A stretch of 64,000 nucleotides of DNA from Roseibacillus sp. GTDB taxonomy: Bacteria > Verrucomicrobiota > Verrucomicrobiia > Verrucomicrobiales > Akkermansiaceae. Shown piece by piece: positions 1 to 10,467 of the stretch. Location: positions 128,001 to 192,000 of the forward strand of contig CBDEUM010000029.1 of NCBI GenBank assembly GCA_965242925.1, read 5' to 3'. Under the pieces are notes generated by a model. It ran no database searches and was not told where the DNA came from. It saw only the letters and a program-made list of their open reading frames with translations. Both the position numbers and the translations under genes were made by a program. The number at the start of each line of letters is the position of its first letter. Within the stretch, counting starts at the first letter, position 1.

Positions 1-727
1 TTGTAGGGCTTGTTGCGGTTGAAGGCGCGGATGACATAGTCCCGGTAGGGGGTCATGCTCCATGTCTTGTCACTGTGGTAGCCGTGACTGTCGGCGTAGC
101 GGGCCAGATCGAGCCACATCACCGCCATGCGTTCGCCGTAGTGAGGGGAAGAGAGAAACTGGTCGATGGCGGACTCAATATTGGTGGTATTGATCTTGTT
201 GAAGGACGCGGGGAGTCCGGTGAGGTCAAAGGAGAGTCGCTTCTCAAGGGTGTTGTTGTCAGCACGGGGCGAGAACTTGCGTGAACCTTTCGGCATTCCC
301 GCCAGGATGAAGTTGTCGATGGGGTGCTTTGCTCCCATCTCGGGAACTCCGGACGTCTGGGCGCGATATAGGCCCAGTGCGGTTCGTATTCGGCTCCCTG
401 CTTGATCCACTCCGCGAGGATCTTTTTCTGCGCCGAGGTGAGCGACTTGTGGGAGTCGCGTGGTGGCATGAGGTCTTCTTCGTCGTCGGCGTTTATGCGG
501 AAAACCAGTTCGGAGTCGTCAGGATTGCCGGGCACAAACGCTTCTTTCCTGAGAGCGTCCTTGCGGACATCGAGCCTCAGCTTGGCCTTGCGGGCATTCT
601 TGTCCGGGCCGTGACAGGCGAAGCAATTCTCGGCCAGGAGCGGCCGCACATCGCGGTTATAGGAAAGCGGCGCGGTCAACGCGGGCAGGGATCCGTAGAG
701 GAGGAGCGCAGTGATGGTCAGGCGCAT
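1..727 (-). CDS. Planctomycete cytochrome c + DUF1549 protein, runs off the window edge, 1-nt frameshift near 347
   Basis: Signal peptide and CFACHGPD heme motif; after a -1 shift the frame reads HPIDNFILA...RLSFDLTGLP...[21 protein letters not shown]...YRDYVIRAFN. Confidence 0.85.
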
Positions 728-842
728 GGTGCATATGCTGTAGCGAGAGTGGCGGAACTCCGCAAGAACGAGGTTGCCTGACTCGGTCCTGTATTCGTGG
801 GAGCGTGAATAACAGGGGATATGCCTGCCGCCAGAAACTCGC

Positions 843-2276
843 CTAGGTCAGCACATCTCGGACCACCCGGGCGGGTTCCACCCCGGTGAGGCGCATGTCC
901 AGTCCCTGGAACTTCACCGAAAAACGGGTGTGGTCGATTCCCAGCAGATGGAGCATGGTGGCGTGGAGGTCACGGACGTGGACGATATTCTTGACGGAGG
1001 CGTATCCCAGTTCATCGGTTTCGCCGTAGGCCGTCCCGCCCCTGATGCCTCCGCCCGCCAGCCACATCGAGAATCCCTTAATGTGATGATCACGGCCGGC
1101 ACCGCCCTTGCCCTGGAACATGGGAGTGCGCCCGAATTCGCCTCCCCACACGATGAGAGTTTCCTCCAGCATTCCACGCTGCTTGAGGTCGGTGAGGAGG
1201 GCCCAGGTGGGCTTGTCGGTGAGGCCACAGCAGGTGTTCATGTATTTCACCAGTCCGCCGTGGTGATCCCAGCCGCGGTGGTAAAGCTGAATGAAGCGGA
1301 CTCCTTTTTCAGCCAGGCGGCGGGCCAGGAGACAGTTTGAGGCGAAGGAACCGTCGCCCGGTTTGGCCCCGTACATATCGAGGATATGCTGCGGCTCCCT
1401 TGAGACATCGGTAAGTTCCGGGACACTGGTCTGCATGCGGAAGGCCATCTCATAGGCTGCGATGCGCGCCTTGATTTCCGGGTTGTCGACGAGCTCGTTG
1501 CGTCGGCTGTCGAGTTGCTGGATGGACTGCACGAGGGCGTTCTGCTGTTTCGTGGTCACGCCTCCCGGACTGGTCACGTAGTGGACCGGATCGCCGGTGG
1601 AATTAAATTCGACACCCTGGTGGCGGCTAGGAAGGAAGCCCGTACCCCACTGTCGCGCTGCGATGGGCTGGGGATTACGCCCTCCCACGCTGGTCATGAC
1701 CACAAATCCCGGGAGGTTTTCGCTGTCACTGCCGAGTCCATAGTTGATCCAGGAGCCCATGGACGGACGACCGCTGATGGCAGTTCCGGTGTTCATGAAG
1801 GTGTGGGCCGGGTCGTGATTGATCTGCTCAGTAAGCATCGATTTGATCACGCAGATCTGGTCCGCCATCTTGCGATGGTAGGGGAGGAAGTCGGAGATGA
1901 ACTGGCCCTTGCCGAATTCCTGGAACTTGGTGAGGTGCCCCTGGACCTTGAGCTTCTGACCCTGCAGCTGGGCGATCGGTTGTCCCTTTGTGAAGGATTC
2001 CGGCATGGGCTGGCCGTTGAGCTCGTCGAGCTTAGGCTTGTAGTCGAAGGTCTCCAGGTGGGAAGGGCCGCCTGCCATGGTGAGGAAAATGACCCGCTTG
2101 ATTTTGGCATCATGGTGCGGAAAGCCGGGGAGGCCGTCATAGGAGGTATCGATCGTGCGTCCGAAGGCATCGCGCCCAAGCAGGGAAAGAAGGGCCGTGG
2201 AGCCGAAGCCGATGCCGGCCGAGCCGAGGAAGGAGCGCCGGTTGAGATAGTTTCCCAGTTGTTCGGTGGTGGTCAT
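843..2276 (-). CDS. DUF1501 family protein with Tat signal
   Basis: NRRSFLG, GGPSHLETFDYKP, WDHH, GEFGRTP and GRDHH motifs; start placed at ATG 2276. Confidence 0.9.
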   Translation of the reverse strand: MTTTEQLGNYLNRRSFLGSAGIGFGSTALLSLLGRDAFGRTIDTSYDGLPGFPHHDAKIKRVIFLTMAGGPSHLETFDYKPKLDELNGQPMPESFTKGQPIAQLQGQKLKVQGHLTKFQEFGKGQFISDFLPYHRKMADQICVIKSMLTEQINHDPAHTFMNTGTAISGRPSMGSWINYGLGSDSENLPGFVVMTSVGGRNPQPIAARQWGTGFLPSRHQGVEFNSTGDPVHYVTSPGGVTTKQQNALVQSIQQLDSRRNELVDNPEIKARIAAYEMAFRMQTSVPELTDVSREPQHILDMYGAKPGDGSFASNCLLARRLAEKGVRFIQLYHRGWDHHGGLVKYMNTCCGLTDKPTWALLTDLKQRGMLEETLIVWGGEFGRTPMFQGKGGAGRDHHIKGFSMWLAGGGIRGGTAYGETDELGYASVKNIVHVRDLHATMLHLLGIDHTRFSVKFQGLDMRLTGVEPARVVRDVLT

Positions 2277-2319
2277 CGGTCTGGTGGAGGGACTGACAGC
2301 TGGTTTCGGTACCTGCAAT

Positions 2320-4678
2320 CTAGTTCCTGCTATAGGTTTCGGAGAGATTCAGAATGGCTCGTGCCACCGTGGTCCAGCTCGCTTGCTCGATGGCATCGAT
2401 ATCCTTGGGCGGGGGAGCCTGTCCGGTCGAAATCAGTTTTCTGGCAGCTGCGGGATCGGCTCTGAATTCCTTTGTAGCCAGGGCGAAGAGCTGCCCCATG
2501 ATTTTCATTTCCTGTTCGTCCGGAGTTCGGGAAAGGGCCTCGCGGTAGGCGAACTCAAGGCGTGCCCTGTCCTCCTGTCCGCCCTCCCTGAGGATACGTT
2601 CGGCAAAGACGCGGGCCGCTTCCACAAAGGAGGGATCGTTTAGCAGGGTCATGGCGGCGATGGGAGTGTTGGAGCGTGGCCGTTCGGCGGTGCATTCCTC
2701 GCGGGTGGGGGCGTCAAAGGCACGCAGCATGGGGTGGAGGAATTGCCGTTGCCAGTGGATATAGACACCGCGGCGCCACTGGCGACTATCGGCGTGGTGC
2801 GCGTACTTGCGGGTTGGAAAGTTCAGATGACGATAATAGCCCAGGGGTTGGTAAGGCTTGCTGCTTGCTCCCCCGTAGCCGGTGTGCAGGAGGCCGGAAA
2901 TGGCGAGGGCATTGTCGCGGATGGTTTCGGCGGGGAGGCGGTAGCGCGACTGACGGGCGAGAAGCCGGTTGTAGGGATCGCGTTCGCGCAGGGCGACCGG
3001 TTCCAGCGAACTTTGCCGGTAGGTCCGGCTGGTCACGAGGAGCTTCATCATATGCTTCACGTTCCATCCCGACTCGTAGAACTCAACCGCAAGGTTGTCC
3101 AGGAGCTCAGGATGGACCGGGGCTTCTCCCTGTCCCCCGAAGTCGTCGAGGCGCTTGGAGATTCCGGAGCCAAAGAGCGAGGTACCAGAAGCGGTTGGCC
3201 ATGACGCGTGCGGTCAGGCCGCCCGTTCCGGCGTCGGGATCGGTGAGCCAGTTGGCGAGGTCAAGCCGGGTGAGGTGTGCGTTCGTTCTGGAGTTCTGTT
3301 TTCCGGCGAGGAAGGCAGGAAAGGCCGGTTCCACCACCGGGCCACTGTCATCAAGCCAGTTGCCACGGGGCAGGAGGCGAATGGTGCGGGGCTTGGTGGC
3401 CACCGTGATCATGGTCTTGCGCCTGGCTTTTTCGAGGGCAGCCAATTCGGATTCCACCTGCTTGCGGGCGGCTTCGGTGGCAAATCTTGCGGTTGCCAGC
3501 AGATTCTCCAGCTCGGCGATGCGCTGCCGCTCGCGTTTGGTGTGGACGTCGATCTCGGGCGGGCGCCTGGTGGGCAGGCTGTTGGAGCCAACCTTGAAGT
3601 GCTGCGACTCATCCACATCGGCGAAAAAGGCCCCCAGGGCGTAGAAGTCCCGCGAAGTGTAGGGGTCATACTTGTGGTCGTGACACTGCGCACAGCCCAC
3701 GGTGGCTCCCATCCAGACATTGGAGAGGTTGCGGACCCGATCCGCAAAGTAGATTGCGAGGTATTCCTTGGCCTGCACCCCACCCTCGTGCGAGGTCTGC
3801 AGGAGGCGGTTGTAGCCGGTTGCGATTTTCTGGTCGACGGTGGGATTGGGGAGCAGGTCGCCAGCCAGTTGCTCGCGGGTGAACCGGTCAAAGGGCAGGT
3901 TGTCATTGAAGGCATCGATCACGTAGTCGCGATAAGGAGAAATACTGTGATCCTGGTCGCCATGATAGCCACAGGTATCGGCGTAGCGGACAAGATCGAG
4001 CCAGTACATCGCCATGCGCTCGCCGAAGTGGGGTGAAGCCAGGAGCGCGTCCGTGGTTGTTTCCAGGCAGGAGGCCGGATCTTCCTTCCAGCGTTTCACG
4101 AATTGGTCCACCTCAGCGGGTGTGGGAGGAAGGCCGATAAGATCGAAGTGGAGCCGTCGCACCAGGGTGACCGGGTCGGTATCCGGGGAGGGGTTGAGGT
4201 TTTCGCTCTGGAGCCGGGCCAGAATGAAGTTGTCGATCCAGTTCTCGCCCCAGTCACGAGCCCCGACTGTCGGGACGGGATGCCTCCGGGGTGGGAGGTA
4301 GGTCCAGGGTTCCGCGTATTCGCCCCCCTCTGCGATCCACTGCCTGATGAGCTCCTTCTCTCCCTTGCTTAGCTCCTTGTGTGCCTTGGGTGGGGGCATG
4401 ATCTCGTCCGGGTCGGCATTCAAGATGCGGTGGATGAGTTCGCTGTCGTTGGGTTTGCCGGCAACGATGGTGTCCCCGGTTTCGCCCCCCTTGAGCGCTC
4501 CCGCCGCTGTATCAAGGCGCAGCTTGCCCTTGCGCTCGTGTTCGTCAGGCCCGTGACAGGCAAAGCAATGATTCGAGAGGATGGGACGAATGTCCCGGTT
4601 GAAATCGACACTGGCCGAGAGGCCGCTGGCCCAGAGGGCAGCGATGAGCATCTGGAGGGCCAGGAAGCTGCGGGACAT
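2320..4678 (-). CDS. Planctomycete cytochrome c + DUF1549 + DUF1553 protein, 1-nt frameshift near 3179
   Basis: CFACH, WLDLVRYAD, CAQCHDHK; removing one base joins NRFWYL to LFGSGISKRLDDFGGQGEAP and the DUF1553 C-terminal ORF 2320..3060. Confidence 0.88.
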
Positions 4679-4733
4679 CCGGGAGAGGCTAGCTTCCTGC
4701 CCTGCGGATGCAATGGAGGATTGCCAGGGTCGA

Positions 4734-5807
4734 TTACGAGATTTCGACCTCGAGCACCTTGACACGTCCCCACTCGGGTTTCTCGAGGTCCTTCCGCCCC
4801 TTGGGCTGGCCGGAGCTCCCTCCAAGGTAGAGCCGGGATCCGTCTTCGTTCCAGACGGCCTTGCTCACCCGCATCTTTGTATCGGCCTGCGCCAGGCGGG
4901 AGCCGGTTTCGAGATCGAAGATGGCGGTATTCCACTGGCCCTTGAAGAGGCGTCCGGCCATTGCGAAGATTTTCCCGTTAGGATGGATGGCGAGAGTTTC
5001 CATGAGTCCCTGGCCGATCTCTCCGTCGTTGGCGTGGTCCACTTTCTTCACTTCTCCGTCACGCCACTGCCAGCGCTCCCACAGTTGCTTGCCGTTACCG
5101 GCGGCAGGATCGCGGGTGGAGCCCATGCCCGCGAGGAAGATTTCGGAGCCGTCCGGGGAGAAGGCCAGGGCGAAGATGCCGCCGGTGAAGTAGTGCCCTT
5201 TGATGATGCCCCAACCGGTGAAGCTACCGGTTTCAATGCGGGCCACCTCCCTGTTTGCGGGAAGGTTCCAGATGCGCACTTCACCCATCAGGTTTCCCGC
5301 TGCCAGAAAGTTCCCGTCTTTACTGAAGGCAACCGACTCGACCGGCGGGACGTGTTCAAAGGCGTGGGTCTGTTTGCCCGTCTGGGTATCAAACACTTTT
5401 ACGGAAGGCTCCTTCTGAGGGGCGGGTTCGTATTTGTAGCCGCCGCAGAGGTACTGACCCGTGGAGGAGGCCACCCGTGTGCCGTTCGGAGAGATCGCGC
5501 TCTGCCAGGACCAGAAATCATGTGCGTTCACTTTGCGCTCCGTCTTTTTGTGCTCCGGATCGATCCAGAGCAGGCGTCCGTCGTAGCCCGCGGAGATCAG
5601 GCGCCGGGTGGCGGTAGACCAATTGACCCCCGAGGCGTAATTCTGGTGCTGGGCAAGTTTTTCCAGCTTTTTCCAACGGCTTCCGGGGAGGGCGTAGATG
5701 CCCCCGTCGAAGCAGGAGGCGAAGAAGTGATCCTCGTCGTCCCGGGCGAGAGAGAGGCAGTGAGTGGGCATTTTGAAGGTCGGGCCCTTCTTCAGTTCGA
5801 TCTTCAT
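4734..5807 (-). CDS. WD40/beta-propeller repeat protein
   Basis: Repeated SVAFSxDG / SAGYDG / VRIWN-type blades; overlaps upstream DUF1501 stop by 4 nt. Confidence 0.85.
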   Translation of the reverse strand: MKIELKKGPTFKMPTHCLSLARDDEDHFFASCFDGGIYALPGSRWKKLEKLAQHQNYASGVNWSTATRRLISAGYDGRLLWIDPEHKKTERKVNAHDFWSWQSAISPNGTRVASSTGQYLCGGYKYEPAPQKEPSVKVFDTQTGKQTHAFEHVPPVESVAFSKDGNFLAAGNLMGEVRIWNLPANREVARIETGSFTGWGIIKGHYFTGGIFALAFSPDGSEIFLAGMGSTRDPAAGNGKQLWERWQWRDGEVKKVDHANDGEIGQGLMETLAIHPNGKIFAMAGRLFKGQWNTAIFDLETGSRLAQADTKMRVSKAVWNEDGSRLYLGGSSGQPKGRKDLEKPEWGRVKVLEVEIS

Positions 5808-7120
5808 GCCAGCACCTCCCTGATCGGTTCCGAGTGGTCTTCCACGTGATGGAAGTTGGGCAGGGCGGGGATGTTGAATTCTCCGTGTGGGTCGATGTCG
5901 AGGGCAGAGAAGATGGTAGCGAAGAGATTCTGTTCGTTGTGGGCCTGCCCGGTCACGTCGATGCCGAGTTTGTCGGTGGTTCCCACCACCGCACCCTGTG
6001 CAATTCCGCTCCCGAACATACTGAGGCTCCAGGCATTGGGATAGTGGTCACGGCCGCGGGCGGCATTGAGCCAGGGGGTCCGTCCGAACTCCCCCATGGC
6101 CACCACCAGGGTGTCCTCCAGCATCCCGCGTTGTTCGAGATCCGTGTGGAGCTGGAAGAGGATGTTGTCGAGGTCCGGCACCACCATCTGGTAGATCTCG
6201 TGGTTGAACACGTGGCAGTCCCAGGGCATTCCGTTGGCCACCATGACGAAGGGAGCCCCCTCCTCCACCAGGGTTCGGGCCAGGAGAGTGTGCTGCCCGA
6301 AGGTTCCCGGACCGTAACGTTCCCGGTCCTTCCGCGGTAGTCGTTCGAGGTCGAAGAGGTGGGCGCAACTCATCAGCCCCTTGACGCGCTCGTAGACCGC
6401 ATTGTGGGAGGAGGCGGCCTCGCTCCTGGTATCGTTCTCGAACTTCTTGCTGAAGAAACTACGGAGCTCCTCCCGGGCCTCGTGATCCCCGGTGGTGATG
6501 GAGTCGAGTTTGTTGACATGCGGGATCCCGAACTCTCCGCCGGTGCGTACCGGTGCGTATTCCGCACCGAGCCATCCGGCCCAGTTGCCCGCCTTGAAGC
6601 CCTTGAACTCATTCCCTTCCGGGCAGGGATCGAGGAGAATGAAGTTGGGCAGGGCGCTTCCGAGCTGGCCCAGTTGCCGGGAGAGGACCGAGCCGAGGGT
6701 GGGGCGGGTAAAGGGTGGTCGCGGTTTGTGTCCGCGCTGCAGGAGATTGATGGCCTGGGAGTGTTCGCGGGCACTTGTCTTCATCGAGCGGATAACCGCC
6801 GTCTTGTGCGCGATGGAGGCGCACTTGGGCATGAGCTCGCTGAAGTGTACTCCGGGGATGGAGGTTGGAATGGAGCCGAAGGGTCCGCTGGTGGGTGTTC
6901 CCGGCTTGGGATCCCAGGTCTCGAACTGACTCGGCCCCCCGCAGAGCCAGAGGAGGATGCAGCGTTTCTGCTTCTTCTTGGCGGTCTCGGCAAAAACGGG
7001 ATTGGAGAAGAGGCCGGACCAGCTGAAGGTGGAGATTGCGCCCGCGGTCAGTCCTTCCAGGAAGCGTCGGCGGTGAAGGCCGTGCTCCGGGCTGCCACAG
7101 TCCTGTTGCTCTCCGCCCAT
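5804..7120 (-). CDS. DUF1501 family protein with Tat signal
   Basis: HRRRFLE, GGPSQFETWDPK, WDCH, GEFGRTP, GRDHY. Confidence 0.9.
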   Translation of the reverse strand: MGGEQQDCGSPEHGLHRRRFLEGLTAGAISTFSWSGLFSNPVFAETAKKKQKRCILLWLCGGPSQFETWDPKPGTPTSGPFGSIPTSIPGVHFSELMPKCASIAHKTAVIRSMKTSAREHSQAINLLQRGHKPRPPFTRPTLGSVLSRQLGQLGSALPNFILLDPCPEGNEFKGFKAGNWAGWLGAEYAPVRTGGEFGIPHVNKLDSITTGDHEAREELRSFFSKKFENDTRSEAASSHNAVYERVKGLMSCAHLFDLERLPRKDRERYGPGTFGQHTLLARTLVEEGAPFVMVANGMPWDCHVFNHEIYQMVVPDLDNILFQLHTDLEQRGMLEDTLVVAMGEFGRTPWLNAARGRDHYPNAWSLSMFGSGIAQGAVVGTTDKLGIDVTGQAHNEQNLFATIFSALDIDPHGEFNIPALPNFHHVEDHSEPIREVLA

Positions 7121-9189
7121 CAGTGGTTCATCCGGAATTCGGCGCTGTTGAAGAGGGCCCAGAGGACCTGCCGGATGGCAGCAATCCGGCGGTCCGGTCT
7201 ATTTTCGAGATAGGAGATGCTGCGTTGGCGTTCCCCGGAGTCCGGGGCGCGGTTGAAAACAGTCAGGAAGAGTTCTTCCACCACCCCGCGGTTGTCCGGG
7301 TTCCTGTTGAGGCGGGCGGGCAGGGGCAGTTCTTCAGCCCGGAGCATTCTGTCAATTACTTCACCATTGGCGGCAAACATGGCCTGCTGCACGGAGGGCG
7401 AGAAGACCTCGGCAAAGATGTCCGGGTAGGTTGCCACGAAGGAACCGCGGTAGTCGCTTTCCTGCCCGACGGTTCCATCTTCCCGGACCTCGCTACCCAG
7501 GGAGACCAGGATGGAACGGAAGAGCGGTTCGGCCGGCAGCGGCTTGTCGAGGGCGCGGGCAAAACTTTCCGGGAGGGGTGGCACCTCGCCCGGGTGCACG
7601 GTGGAGAGGCCATAGGCCCGGCTGGTGAGAATGGCCCGGCACAGCCGGCGCAGGTCGTAGCCGTTGTTGGTGAAGTCCCGGGCCAGCCATTCCAGCAGTT
7701 CCGGGTGGCTGGGGGGGTGAGCCGAGTTCATCTTGTCCACCGGGTGCACGATCCCCCGTCCCATCAGGATGGCCCAGAGGCGGTTGACGAGGGCGCGGGC
7801 GAAGGCGGGGTTGTCCTCGATGGCAATGCGGGCCAGTTCCCTGCGGCGGGAGAACTTGGGAAGGGGAGTCTTCTCCACGTTGGTGGTGATCTTCGGCTTT
7901 TCTCCCTTCTTCTTGGGCTTCGGTGGATTGATCCAGTCTGCGGGCGGAGCAACAGCATAATTCTCCGCAGCGTCCTTGTCGCGGCGTCCGCCTGGTTCCT
8001 CCACCACGTGACCAGTAAGGAATACCAGCTCACTCTCACTGCTCTCACCTTCCAGGTTGGCGAACTTGTTGTATCCGCCGGCCGCACGCTCTCCGAGTCC
8101 CGGGCCTGCCTTGGTGTTCACGTTGCGTGTCCGATCGAAGAAGGCGACCAGCCCCCAGTAGTGCTTCTGTTCGATCTCGGGAGCGACCGGATGATCGTGA
8201 CACTGGGCACACTGCAGTTGCTTTCCAAAGAGGGCGGTCGAAGTGGCGTTGGCCATCCTGCCGGCATCGTCGCCTTGCTCATAGAGAAACCAGGCGGCTC
8301 CCTGTTCCTGCGGACTCTGCGGTCGAGCCACGATGAAGTCGTGCCCCACCTTGTTCCAGGGACGGTTTGTTTCGAAGGCCCAGCGCAGGTAGGGCAGGAA
8401 GTGCTTTTCACGGTCACCCCGGCTCTTGCCCCCACCCTGCGCCCGTCCTAGCAGGGCGGCATTGAAGACTTCGGCGAAGTGCCGGGCGTGGGCCTTGCTC
8501 GCCAGAAGATCGTCGAGGAGGAGGTCACGTCGGTCGGAGCCCGTTTCCGCCAGGAAGCGGCTGCGTTCATGCCTCGTCGGAATCCGACCCAGGAGATCCA
8601 GGGTGACCCTGCGCAGGAAGGCGGCATCGCCAATGGGAGGGGCGGGGGCGATGTTTTTCTCCTTCCAGGAGTTTTCCAGCAGGGTGTCGATTGCGATAGT
8701 CGGCATGAGGCCGGGCGGGAGGGGCCTCGCCGGTTTGGCCGGGCCGGGGCCGGGAGCCACATCTTCCGGTCGTTTGAAACGGATGACCCAGTCCCGGATC
8801 CGGGAAATATCTCCCTCGTTCAGCTGGCTCTTTGGCGGCATGTGGGGATCGGCCTCGGGATGAAGCTGGGTCACGAGCCGGCTCTGGTCCGGCCTGCCGG
8901 GGAGAAAGGCCGGGCCGCTGTCACCGCCCTTGAGCAGACTCTCCAGGGAACGCAGGTCGAGTCCGCCTTTCTGTTTCGCCCCGCCATGACACTTGCTGCA
9001 GTGTTCCTTGAGCAACGGAGCCAGACTCGCAAACTGGTCGGCCCTGCCATCCGCGGAGACGAACAGCAGAGTGAGAATGATGACAGGGCTGATCCTCAAG
9101 GAAGCAGAAAGAATAGCGAACCCCGCCGCCGGCGCAATTGGGGAATCCGGCCAGTTGGAGTCCCCACTGTTTCGGTGGTGTTTTTCCAA
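7120..9189 (-). CDS. Planctomycete cytochrome c + DUF1549 + DUF1553 protein (start uncertain)
   Basis: CSKCH, LRRVTLDLLGRIPT, CAQCHDHP, NRLWAILMGRGIV, HPELLEWLA. Confidence 0.88.
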   Translation of the reverse strand: MEKHHRNSGDSNWPDSPIAPAAGFAILSASLRISPVIILTLLFVSADGRADQFASLAPLLKEHCSKCHGGAKQKGGLDLRSLESLLKGGDSGPAFLPGRPDQSRLVTQLHPEADPHMPPKSQLNEGDISRIRDWVIRFKRPEDVAPGPGPAKPARPLPPGLMPTIAIDTLLENSWKEKNIAPAPPIGDAAFLRRVTLDLLGRIPTRHERSRFLAETGSDRRDLLLDDLLASKAHARHFAEVFNAALLGRAQGGGKSRGDREKHFLPYLRWAFETNRPWNKVGHDFIVARPQSPQEQGAAWFLYEQGDDAGRMANATSTALFGKQLQCAQCHDHPVAPEIEQKHYWGLVAFFDRTRNVNTKAGPGLGERAAGGYNKFANLEGESSESELVFLTGHVVEEPGGRRDKDAAENYAVAPPADWINPPKPKKKGEKPKITTNVEKTPLPKFSRRRELARIAIEDNPAFARALVNRLWAILMGRGIVHPVDKMNSAHPPSHPELLEWLARDFTNNGYDLRRLCRAILTSRAYGLSTVHPGEVPPLPESFARALDKPLPAEPLFRSILVSLGSEVREDGTVGQESDYRGSFVATYPDIFAEVFSPSVQQAMFAANGEVIDRMLRAEELPLPARLNRNPDNRGVVEELFLTVFNRAPDSGERQRSISYLENRPDRRIAAIRQVLWALFNSAEFRMNH

Positions 9190-9204
9190 CCCGGGGGATG
9201 AACG

Positions 9205-10362
9205 TCAGGGGGATGTCGTGCGGACCGCGAAGAATCCCGCTGGGCCGGCGATGGGAAAGTCCCTGGTGATTACTCCCATTGTGCCCGCGATAGTAGCCCG
9301 TTCCTCCCATTGATCGTGTGATAGCGCCGGGTCGGGAGTAAAGAGGACGGTGTAGGACTGGGTGTCGAGGGCGTCCCAGCTCAGGCGAACCTGACCGTCC
9401 GGAAGGCGGGCGATATCCAGGATCGGCACGACCAACGGCGGTGTGCTCGCGGGCGTGAGATCGAAGGTCACGCCGGGATTCTGGCTCTGGACAGTGACGG
9501 TGAAGGCGTTTCCGCTGTCGGAGATCCAGGCGGCGGCATCACCTGAGTCGAATCCGTCGGTGAAGATCGATTCGGTCACCAGGGTTTCCAGCCTGATGTC
9601 GAGGTTCTCCTCGACCGTGATCTCCAGAGTCCGTTCGAAGTCGACCTTGATCCGGCCGGGGTTAATAGAAGTGATGTCGGTGAACCCGTCGTAGCCGGGT
9701 GCGAATTCATCGTCGAACTCGGGTTCGGGGCCGGATGTGGAGTCGAATTTCGCACTCCCGAACAGTTCGGTGATCATTTCGCCGGTCTCAAGTTCCCCCA
9801 CATTGACGCGGAAGGAGGCCCCCACATCGCCGACGATGCCGCTGCTGACGGGGTCGACCAATTCGAAGTCCTGCTCCAATTTGATGTCGAGGGTGATATT
9901 CTGAATGCCCGGTTCAGGATCATGGGCCCTGAAAATAGTCCTGTTCTGACTGCTGGTCGCGATGAAGCGGGCGGGGGTGGATCCTGGTGGGGGTTCGCTC
10001 GAGAGGGGGAACATGCTTACCCGGCCCTGGTGTTCGATGCTGAACCGGGGGATTCCGGTGGCCCCGGCAGAGTTCACCTCCACCGAGGCGAAGACAGGTT
10101 CGAGGGGATCGAAGAACTCCGGCGGGATCGTGATTTCCTCAAAGAGATTGATTGCCGCCATGGAGGCGCCGCTTCTTGTGCGGTTGAATCCTCCCACCTC
10201 GACGCCATTGAATCCGAAGAACGAGAAGTCGGCACAGGAACCGGGAGCCCCGGGCGCGAGATTTGCGAAGAACTGCGGGCAGGAGCCCTGGGCCCGGGCA
10301 CTGACCGGTAGTCCCAGCGAACATGCGGTGCTGGCCAGAAGGAGTGGGATCCGGAGGTTCAT
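9205..10362 (-). CDS. Secreted acidic hypothetical protein with C-terminal beta-rich domain
   Basis: Signal peptide ending ARA-Q, long acidic ORF, C-terminus ending GFFAVRTTSP. Confidence 0.75.
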   Translation of the reverse strand: MNLRIPLLLASTACSLGLPVSARAQGSCPQFFANLAPGAPGSCADFSFFGFNGVEVGGFNRTRSGASMAAINLFEEITIPPEFFDPLEPVFASVEVNSAGATGIPRFSIEHQGRVSMFPLSSEPPPGSTPARFIATSSQNRTIFRAHDPEPGIQNITLDIKLEQDFELVDPVSSGIVGDVGASFRVNVGELETGEMITELFGSAKFDSTSGPEPEFDDEFAPGYDGFTDITSINPGRIKVDFERTLEITVEENLDIRLETLVTESIFTDGFDSGDAAAWISDSGNAFTVTVQSQNPGVTFDLTPASTPPLVVPILDIARLPDGQVRLSWDALDTQSYTVLFTPDPALSHDQWEERATIAGTMGVITRDFPIAGPAGFFAVRTTSP

Positions 10363-10467
10363 ACCGCGGGTTGCCCCTCTGTGTTCGCGAGGTGGTGCGT
10401 GATGTTCATGCTGCCTCGTCTATCAGCTTTCCGGGTGGGCGCAGGTTCGCTGGAGCAATGATCAGGA

